A program made the position numbers and the translations under genes. A DNA stretch of 36,806 bases from Methanomassiliicoccales archaeon (GTDB lineage: Archaea > Thermoplasmatota > Thermoplasmata > Methanomassiliicoccales > Methanomethylophilaceae). Shown here piece after piece: positions 30,464-36,806 of the stretch. Each line of letters opens with the position of its first letter. Positions within the stretch are counted from its first letter, which is position 1. Under the pieces are notes generated by a model. The model was not told the DNA's origin, did not search any database, and saw only the letters and a list, made by a program, of their open reading frames with translations. The stretch is from positions 1 through 36,806 of the forward strand of contig CAAFZG010000061.1 in the NCBI GenBank assembly GCA_900767505.1. The letters are read 5' to 3'.

Positions 30464-31397
30464 AGATTTCATCAACGATTCGATCGAGGACATAAAGTCC
30501 AAGATCCAGGGAAAGGCGATCATCGCCTGCTCCGGCGGTGTTGACAGCATGGTTGCTGCCACCCTCGCCAGCAAGGCTATCGGCGACAGGCTGCTCGCAG
30601 TCTACGTCGACAGCGGACTCATGAGGAAGGGCGAGACCGCGGAGGTCGAGTCCATGCTCAAGGAGATGGGCATCAACTACAGGATCGCAGACGCAGGGGA
30701 GGAGTTCTTCGGAGCACTCAAAGGGGTCACAGATCCCGAGCAGAAGAGGAAGGCCATCGGAGAGAAGTTCATACGCGTCTTCGAGAGGATCGCCAAGGAG
30801 TTCGGAGCCGAGTACCTCGTGCAGGGTACCATCGCACCCGACTGGATCGAGTCCGGAGACGGTGTCCGTGACACCATCAAGTCCCACCACAACGTCGGAG
30901 GACTTCCCAAGGATCTCGGAATGACTCTGGTCGAGCCCCTCAGGGACCTCTACAAGGACGAGGTCCGCGAGGTCGCCAGGAAGCTCGGAGTCAGATCCTC
31001 CGAGAGGCAGCCGTTCCCCGGCCCCGCACTCGCAGTGAGGTGCCTCGGAGAGGTCACCCCCGAGAACATCGCGATCGTCCGTGAGGCATGCTTCATCGTC
31101 GAGGACGAGATCGCAAAGGCCGCTTCCGCAGGCAAGATGGAGCTCCCGTGGCAGTACTTCGCGGTGCTCCTCCCCTCCAAATCCGTCGGTGTCCAGGGAG
31201 ACCGCAGGGCATACGGCCGCACCATCGTGATCAGGGCCGTGCTGTCCGTGGACGGCATGACCGCCACATACGCGAAGATCCCCCTCGACGTGCTCGATCA
31301 GATATCTTCCCGTATCACCAACACGATGAAGGATTCCATCAACCGTGTTGTATACGATATCACTAACAAGCCCCCAGCGACAATCGAGTGGGAGTGA
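30450..31397 (+). CDS. guaAB: GMP synthase subunit B (ATP pyrophosphatase)
   Basis: [38 protein letters not shown]. Confidence 0.96.
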   Translation: MLGVEDFINDSIEDIKSKIQGKAIIACSGGVDSMVAATLASKAIGDRLLAVYVDSGLMRKGETAEVESMLKEMGINYRIADAGEEFFGALKGVTDPEQKRKAIGEKFIRVFERIAKEFGAEYLVQGTIAPDWIESGDGVRDTIKSHHNVGGLPKDLGMTLVEPLRDLYKDEVREVARKLGVRSSERQPFPGPALAVRCLGEVTPENIAIVREACFIVEDEIAKAASAGKMELPWQYFAVLLPSKSVGVQGDRRAYGRTIVIRAVLSVDGMTATYAKIPLDVLDQISSRITNTMKDSINRVVYDITNKPPATIEWE

Positions 31398-31409
31398 AAA
31401 CGGTTTAAT

Positions 31410-31429
31410 GCCGGCGGGGGACCGCCGGC
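31410..31429. terminator. GC hairpin between convergent genes
   Basis: GCCGGCGG-ggga-CCGCCGGC. Confidence 0.6.
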
Positions 31430-31433
31430 CGCG

Positions 31434-31811
31434 TCAGTCGAGCATGCGCTCGCTGATGCATCTCATAATTTTCGTGATATTGGCCCTGGTCGTGAATTCG
31501 AAGTCGATCTGTCCGACCCCGCTGAACCACAGCGTCAGGCTGCTGTCGATGTCGAAGACCGCAGGGGTCTCGATCTCGAATGCCTGGATCTTGTCGTAGG
31601 GCAGGACGCTGAGCGATTTCTTCTTCCCGGTGATGCCCTGGATGTTGATCGCGATCAGCCTTCTGTCGGTGAAGACAAGTCCGTCGCGTCCGGATTTGAA
31701 CGTCTGCACGACCGTCTCGCCGGACACCATTATGCCGTCCACAAGGTCTGAAAATGCTTTGTCTTCGACCGGGGCGAGTTTGAGGTACTTCTTGTTCTCG
31801 AAGTTGATCAT
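31434..31811 (-). CDS. Bacterial PH-domain (bPH_1-like) protein
   Basis: GE.....FK..RD..VFT.RRLI....QG.TGKK.....LPY..I..F.IET...FD.D..L.LW. Confidence 0.85.
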   Translation of the reverse strand: MINFENKKYLKLAPVEDKAFSDLVDGIMVSGETVVQTFKSGRDGLVFTDRRLIAINIQGITGKKKSLSVLPYDKIQAFEIETPAVFDIDSSLTLWFSGVGQIDFEFTTRANITKIMRCISERMLD

Positions 31812-31902
31812 GAGGTTAGGATACACGGGGATGTTCTTATGATGATGGGCTCGTGTCGTATTTCCGTATAGTTCTTATCCAACCTGTCTAATCGGAGGTT
31901 CG

Positions 31903-32478
31903 ATGAAAGTCTATATCGTCGACAACGGGGGCCAATGGACCCATCGTGAATGGCGTGTTTTAAGATACCTCAAGGTGGAAACCAAGATCATCCCCAATAC
32001 GACCCCGTTCGATGATATCAAGGATGTCGACGGACTGATCCTCTCGGGCGGTGCTCCCAACGTGGCCAATGATGCCGCGCGCATGGGCAACAACGGCGAG
32101 TATCTGGACAAAGCAGACTTTCCCATCTTCGGCATCTGCGCAGGTATGCAGTTCCTCTGCGAGCACTTCGGCGGCAAGCTCGGCCCCGGCTCCACACCGG
32201 AATTCGGCGGAGTGGATCTGAAGATTACTTCTCACGACGATCTTTTCAAGGGTCTGCCTGACGAGTTCAAGGTCTGGGCATCCCATAACGACGAGGTCAA
32301 GGTGGTCCCCGAGGGATTCGAGGTCACTGCTTATTCGGAATCGTGTCCCCACGAGGCGGTCCGTTGCATCAACCGTCCGATATTCGGAGTCCAGTTCCAT
32401 CCCGAGGTGGAGAACAGCGAACACGGTTCGGAGATATTCCAGAATTTCTTGGATATAGTGGCCGACTGGCGCCGTTGA
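31903..32478 (+). CDS. guaAA: GMP synthase subunit A (glutamine amidotransferase)
   Basis: DNGGQWTHR, ILSGG, GICAG.Q, SH.DEV, GVQFHPEV. Confidence 0.95.
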   Translation: MKVYIVDNGGQWTHREWRVLRYLKVETKIIPNTTPFDDIKDVDGLILSGGAPNVANDAARMGNNGEYLDKADFPIFGICAGMQFLCEHFGGKLGPGSTPEFGGVDLKITSHDDLFKGLPDEFKVWASHNDEVKVVPEGFEVTAYSESCPHEAVRCINRPIFGVQFHPEVENSEHGSEIFQNFLDIVADWRR

Positions 32479-32510
32479 TCCAACAGCGCCAATCCGGCCG
32501 AAAAAGGAAA

Positions 32511-32768
32511 TCAGTTCTGCTGGCTGATGACCTCAAGCTGGCTGATGATGTTCCAGATGATGGTCCTGCCGTGAAGAGGTATGTTTGGATCGTTGGCGAG
32601 GTCGTCGAGGATGACGATCGCACCGGTTGCGCGGACATCCATGGCTTCCTTGGTGTCAAGGAGCTTTGTCTTTGCGTCAGTCGCGCCTTTCCTGATGTTT
32701 CTGGGGATGGAAGTATCCTCGGCAAGCATGTCGAGGGCATCCGCGATTTGTTTGATCTTGTCGGCCAT
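32511..32768 (-). CDS. UPF0147 family protein
   Basis: DTS.PRNIR..A.......L.........RA..AI..LDD...DPN.P.H.RT.IW...S.LE. Confidence 0.9.
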   Translation of the reverse strand: MADKIKQIADALDMLAEDTSIPRNIRKGATDAKTKLLDTKEAMDVRATGAIVILDDLANDPNIPLHGRTIIWNIISQLEVISQQN

Positions 32769-32782
32769 AGGATCCACTCCGT

Positions 32783-32947
32783 TCAAAGTGTCTCGAACTC
32801 TTCCTGGAGGTCCTGCACGAGCTGTTCGAGTACCTCTTCGAAACTGTTGGATTTATATTCCCTGACGCCTCCGAGGTCGCTCTGAATCCTGATAACGAAA
32901 TCGTTGTTCTCTTTCACGATTTCAACGTTACAAAGTAGTTCTTCCAT
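32783..32947 (-). CDS. 54-aa acidic small protein
   Basis: MEELLCNVEIVKENNDFVIRIQSDLGGVREYKSNSFEEVLEQLVQDLQEEFETL; AGGGGG SD; ends 14 nt before the UPF0147 start. Confidence 0.75.
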   Translation of the reverse strand: MEELLCNVEIVKENNDFVIRIQSDLGGVREYKSNSFEEVLEQLVQDLQEEFETL

Positions 32948-33258
32948 ACAAACAAGCCCCCTTTAAGGTTCTATATGGAACCGTACTAGCATCTCATATA
33001 AAAGTGGTTGCTTATTATTCGAGACTGGAGACTCACTTCCGCGATGATTGTCATGGAGGTACCATCCAACCATGCAGTCTTGGACGTCCGTGGTGTCATC
33101 CTTCCATACACGTCTCAATACCTTTGTCCACAGGGTCCCGGATGGAAAAAACCGTCGGAAAGATTTATAATGATAATAGGGTTGAGGGGAATATCCCTGC
33201 GTTATAGCTATCAGTGGTAACGAGGGAAAAATCCGCTGCGCGGAAGGAGAACGATACA

Positions 33259-33483
33259 ATGGCTGAAGAAGATTCATCCGTCTACGATCTGCAGGACGAG
33301 TTCGAGTCCAAGGCACGTGGCTTCGGAAAGGGTAAGTACGGCAGGATACTGAAGATGGCGCGCACGCCTAGCAGGGAAGAGTACGTCAAAACGCTGTACA
33401 TCACCGGAATCGGAATCATCATTATCGGAGCTGTCGGTTTCGCTATTTGGTGGCTTATGGACATCCTCCCCCACTACTTCTGA
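33259..33483 (+). CDS. secE: Protein translocase SecE (Sec61-gamma)
   Basis: Y.RILKMARTP..EEY.......GIG..IIG..GF; AGGAG SD; upstream of spt5. Confidence 0.93.
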   Translation: MAEEDSSVYDLQDEFESKARGFGKGKYGRILKMARTPSREEYVKTLYITGIGIIIIGAVGFAIWWLMDILPHYF

Positions 33484-33492
33484 GGTGGATCC

Positions 33493-34311
33493 ATGGCATC
33501 GATGATATCTGGCGACAACGGCATGAAGAAGGTACACGCCGGCGAAATTGTCGGTTGGCCCTTCTCAGTCTCAGCAGATGCGCCCAAGGTGACGATTTCG
33601 TTCTCCATCACCACTGGTCCGGATGCAGAGAATGCGCCCGAGTGGACGGTAACGCTCAAGGATTCGTCGGTCGGAGTGGTATGGGGCAATTTCAGCAACA
33701 CAACCTCGCTGGTCGTGGATCTTCCCGGCAAGTCCCCGAAGGAGTTCACGCTCGAAGTCGAGTGCCCCTATGGAGCCAGGTACGGCGACACCGTAGAGAC
33801 CGAGGTATCGGTCGACACCGGTTCCGAATATGACACCATGAGCTTCAAGGCCATGGCATCACAGTCCATTATGGTCCTTAAGACCCAGATCGACCAGGAG
33901 AGGAGTGTCGCAGACACTCTGTTCGTCAAAGCCCAGGCCGAGACCAAGGAGAAGGACATATATGCGATCCTGAGTCCCGCAGGACTCAGAGGATACGTGT
34001 TCGTCGAAGGAATGAACACGGACCGTCTCCGTGAGAAGACCCGTGACATAAAGAAAGCGAGGTCTTTCATCGACGGAGAGACAAGCATCGAGGAGATCGG
34101 ACCCTATCTAGTCCCGATGTCCGCCGTTGTGGGAATCGTGGAGGGAGACATAGTCGAACTCATCAACGGTCCCTTCAAGGGTGAAAAAGCAAGGGTCCAA
34201 CAGATAGACCAGGCCAAGGAGGAGATCACAGTTGAGCTCACCGAGGCAATGGTCCCCATACCCGTCACTGTCAAAGGAGACAGCGTGAGGGTCTTAGAGA
34301 AGGAGAGATGA
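33493..34311 (+). CDS. spt5: Transcription elongation factor Spt5 with N-terminal extension
   Basis: C-terminal ~148 aa are NGN (T...QE..VA, GYVFVE) and KOW (GD.VELI.GPFKGEKARV); N-terminal ~125 aa are extra. Confidence 0.93.
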   Translation: MASMISGDNGMKKVHAGEIVGWPFSVSADAPKVTISFSITTGPDAENAPEWTVTLKDSSVGVVWGNFSNTTSLVVDLPGKSPKEFTLEVECPYGARYGDTVETEVSVDTGSEYDTMSFKAMASQSIMVLKTQIDQERSVADTLFVKAQAETKEKDIYAILSPAGLRGYVFVEGMNTDRLREKTRDIKKARSFIDGETSIEEIGPYLVPMSAVVGIVEGDIVELINGPFKGEKARVQQIDQAKEEITVELTEAMVPIPVTVKGDSVRVLEKER

Positions 34312-34314
34312 GCA

Positions 34315-34785
34315 ATGGTAGATACTGTTGAGGCATTGGTAGATGGAGGCAGAGCCTCCGCAGGTCCGCCCCTGGGCCCCGCACTTGGACCCAAAGGCGT
34401 GAACATCGGCCAGGTTATCGCTAAGATCAACGAGAAGACAAAGGCATTCGAGGGAATGAAGGTCCCCGTCAAGGTCCTTATCAACGATGATAAGACCTTC
34501 GACATCAAGGTCGGAACACCCCCCATGTCTGCTCTTATCAAGGGCGAGCTGGGAGTCGGATCCGGAGCACACAACGCCAAGACCGAGAAGGTCGGCAACC
34601 TGACTCTGGACCAGGCCAAGAAGGTCGCCACCATGAAGCAGGATGATCTTCTCGGTGCCGACATGAAGGCAAGGGTTCTCGAGGTCGCAGGAAACTGCGT
34701 GTCCGTCGGAGTCACAATCGACGGAAAGGACCCCCGCGTCTTCACAAAGGACGTCAAGGCCGGCGTCTACGACGGCCAGTTCTGA
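34315..34785 (+). CDS. rpl11: 50S ribosomal protein L11
   Basis: GG.A..GPPLGPALGP.G.N, F.G..VPV, G.PP.SALIK. Confidence 0.97.
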   Translation: MVDTVEALVDGGRASAGPPLGPALGPKGVNIGQVIAKINEKTKAFEGMKVPVKVLINDDKTFDIKVGTPPMSALIKGELGVGSGAHNAKTEKVGNLTLDQAKKVATMKQDDLLGADMKARVLEVAGNCVSVGVTIDGKDPRVFTKDVKAGVYDGQF

Positions 34786-34792
34786 AACAATC

Positions 34793-34817
34793 GTGGGGGC
34801 TTCCCCCACACTTTTCT
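34793..34817 (+). terminator. Hairpin plus T-tract after rpl11
   Basis: GTGGGGG-ctt-CCCCCAC-acttttct. Confidence 0.65.
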
Positions 34818-34958
34818 CACACGTCGCAGCCGAATGAATCCGGCTGTCTGTACGGTTTTTCTTCTACGAAGTCGGTCGAAGATCACATCGATGTTCGCAC
34901 GTCATCGATCAGGATCGGAGAACAGAAGGGAATATGGCCCCGAAGGGCCGGTTTATGA

Positions 34959-35441
34959 TCAGCTGGTGTATTTGCCAGCGACGTCCAGGATACCGCCCAG
35001 GATGAGCAGCACAGATCCCGCAAGGGAGATCCAGAGTCCTGTGGCCGCGCTGATGCCGTAGCTTGCGAGGCCGCCGATGCTGATGCTGTCCATCTGTCCG
35101 TTGAACAGGATTATGAAGACAAGGGCGACGACTCCGAGGATCAGGGAGAGAACTCCGAGGAACCTGTTGACACCCGGGTTCTTCAGGGCGATAGGGGCGA
35201 CTGCTGTGAAGAATGCGACAATTCCCGCAACGAGTGCGACAAGGGGAGCGTAGTTGTACTCTGCATCTTCGAACATCTCTTCCGAATAAACGTCCCATCC
35301 TGTGTAGTCTGTGCTGGAGACAACGTATCCCAGCGCGGTGACATCCACGGTGACCCATGCGACGAACACTCCGATGATCATAAGGAGTGCTCCGAGGAGG
35401 GCCACAACGCCAAGGACGTTTCCTTTGCTGACGTTTGACAT
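34959..35441 (-). CDS. Hypothetical 4-TM membrane protein
   Basis: GAGGT SD before ATG 35441; G.F..W...TG / G.W..L.G pattern with four hydrophobic helices. Confidence 0.8.
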   Translation of the reverse strand: MSNVSKGNVLGVVALLGALLMIIGVFVAWVTVDVTALGYVVSSTDYTGWDVYSEEMFEDAEYNYAPLVALVAGIVAFFTAVAPIALKNPGVNRFLGVLSLILGVVALVFIILFNGQMDSISIGGLASYGISAATGLWISLAGSVLLILGGILDVAGKYTS

Positions 35442-35519
35442 TTCAATTACCTCTCGGTTTTTGACCGTGCTCAAGTATTGGAACGGCCAGTACTTATGCA
35501 TATGCTTGATGGTTTTTAA

Positions 35520-36806
35520 GGACTGTGTGTCATAAGTCCGCCATCACCTCCTGCCGATTGATGACCTCTAGACGTTCGTCTAATTCGCAATGTTCGTCAA
35601 CAAACCTCAGGATGTAGCCGCGGCGGATGTTGTAGAGGGTGTACCTGATCGTCATCGATATCGCCATCATCCTGAACAGACGGTCCTTCACACGCTCCCC
35701 GTACAGCTTCTTGATGACGGAGAAGAATGATTCCACGAGCCACCTCATGTTGTACCCGCTGATCCTGTGATGGCGCTCCTTCCCCAAGGCCTCCTCTATC
35801 ATCCTCAATGCGTGTCTGGTCACCAGATCCTTGTCATCTTTGAACTTCTCCTTGAGATTCGGATTGAAATCCAGGTCGACCTCCTCGATCAGCATCCAGT
35901 TGGCGACGGTGTCGTAGGCACCGTCGGCCAGAAGCCTCACCAGGCATACGCCCATCTTCAGTGTGCCTCTGACGATCGCCGGCATGACCCGGGCATCGCC
36001 CGGGGCTTCCGGCGTTATGGAGAACGAGACGACCTTCTGTGTCCGGACATCGAGGAGGACATGCTGTTTGATGAAGTTCCTCTTGTTGAGCGACCAGACC
36101 AGCTCGATGTAGATCCCGCTGCCCTTCGTTCCCACTCCCGAGCCGTCCAGGGCGCATTCCGCCTCCTTCCCGATATACTCCTTGTTCACCTTGACGGCCA
36201 TCGATCTGTGTATCTCCGCCGCCTTGGCATCCTTCTCGGCTTGTTCCAAGACATCGGCTTCGCATACGGGGATCTTCTGAGGCGCCGAATACTCCGGACA
36301 GATTTCGGAATCCAGGAACATGGTCGGATCGAAATCCCCTCTTCTTCCGCCGAGAAGCCTTTCGGCCTCCATCATGATCTCCATGCCCTTCCCGCCGGGT
36401 CCGAAGAACCGGTCCTTGTTGCGTTGGATCGTCTTGTATGACGGCATCGGCAGGTTCAATGCCGACAGGGTGGCTTTCATATCTCCGACGATCTCGCGAT
36501 AGCTCTGGTCCTTGGCCTCCTTCTGCATGGTCAGGAACAGTATGGTGGACGGGGGATATTCGAAGGGCCTTCCCGGTTTGTTCCTGTTGATCAGCTCCAG
36601 TTCGAGGATGCAATGCTCGAGATCGACCCATGCCGACAGATCCTCCTGAAACAGTATGACGGCCTTATCGTACAACCCCCAGTATCCGCTACGGGAATCG
36701 TACCTATTCCCGTAGATGTCGTGTCCTTGTTGCGTCTGGCCTGTGCGTTCGTATTAACTACTTCTGAGGCTATCTTCGATTCGGAAGTCATGCTATCTTG
36801 GCTCCA
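35520..36806 (-). mobile_element. IS5-family insertion sequence (other end outside the window)
   Basis: DDE transposase; candidate terminal repeat GGACTGTGTGTCATAAG (35520-35536) overlaps the transposase stop and is preceded by TTAA. Confidence 0.7.
35530..36675 (-). CDS. IS5-family DDE transposase, possibly frameshifted at the 5' end
   Basis: K.GRPF.YP, SYR, P.Y.TI, ALDGSG, ADGAYD, Y..R..VES.FS.IK; the frame stays open about 26 codons upstream of TTG 36675 without an ATG. Confidence 0.85.
   Translation of the reverse strand: MYDKAVILFQEDLSAWVDLEHCILELELINRNKPGRPFEYPPSTILFLTMQKEAKDQSYREIVGDMKATLSALNLPMPSYKTIQRNKDRFFGPGGKGMEIMMEAERLLGGRRGDFDPTMFLDSEICPEYSAPQKIPVCEADVLEQAEKDAKAAEIHRSMAVKVNKEYIGKEAECALDGSGVGTKGSGIYIELVWSLNKRNFIKQHVLLDVRTQKVVSFSITPEAPGDARVMPAIVRGTLKMGVCLVRLLADGAYDTVANWMLIEEVDLDFNPNLKEKFKDDKDLVTRHALRMIEEALGKERHHRISGYNMRWLVESFFSVIKKLYGERVKDRLFRMMAISMTIRYTLYNIRRGYILRFVDEHCELDERLEVINRQEVMADL

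Noticed and set aside
32963..33316. Short ORFs upstream of secE as a possible ftsZ remnant
   Set aside because: No FtsZ motifs, no clear SD, atypical composition

Overview
This is an archaeal chromosome segment, most likely from a Methanomassiliicoccales methanogen (Thermoplasmata). That assignment is inferred from gene content, ORB sequence and the absence of TAG stops. It contains the replication origin region: orc1/cdc6 bracketed by two inverted ORBs sharing 24 identical bp, plus mini-ORBs and AT-rich DNA. Core genes include the A1AO-ATP synthase operon (HIKECFABD), PolD small subunit, an HSR1/Phr-like regulator-cdc48-hsp20 heat-shock operon, stand-alone trpB2, endA, gar1-tfb, purE, split GMP synthase and secE-spt5-rpl11. 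An IS5-family element runs off the right edge. The most notable signals are absent from the ORF track. They are a 26-aa membrane micro-protein gene with its own TATA box and SD inside oriC, a 52-aa single-TM ORF coupled to atpD, a 54-aa acidic ORF, outward-facing ORBs, an 11-6-11 palindrome in oriC, TrpY-type TRP boxes over the trpB2 promoter, and an HSR1-like operator. Spt5 also carries a ~125-aa extra N-terminal domain. No database searches were run; family calls rest on recognised motifs.
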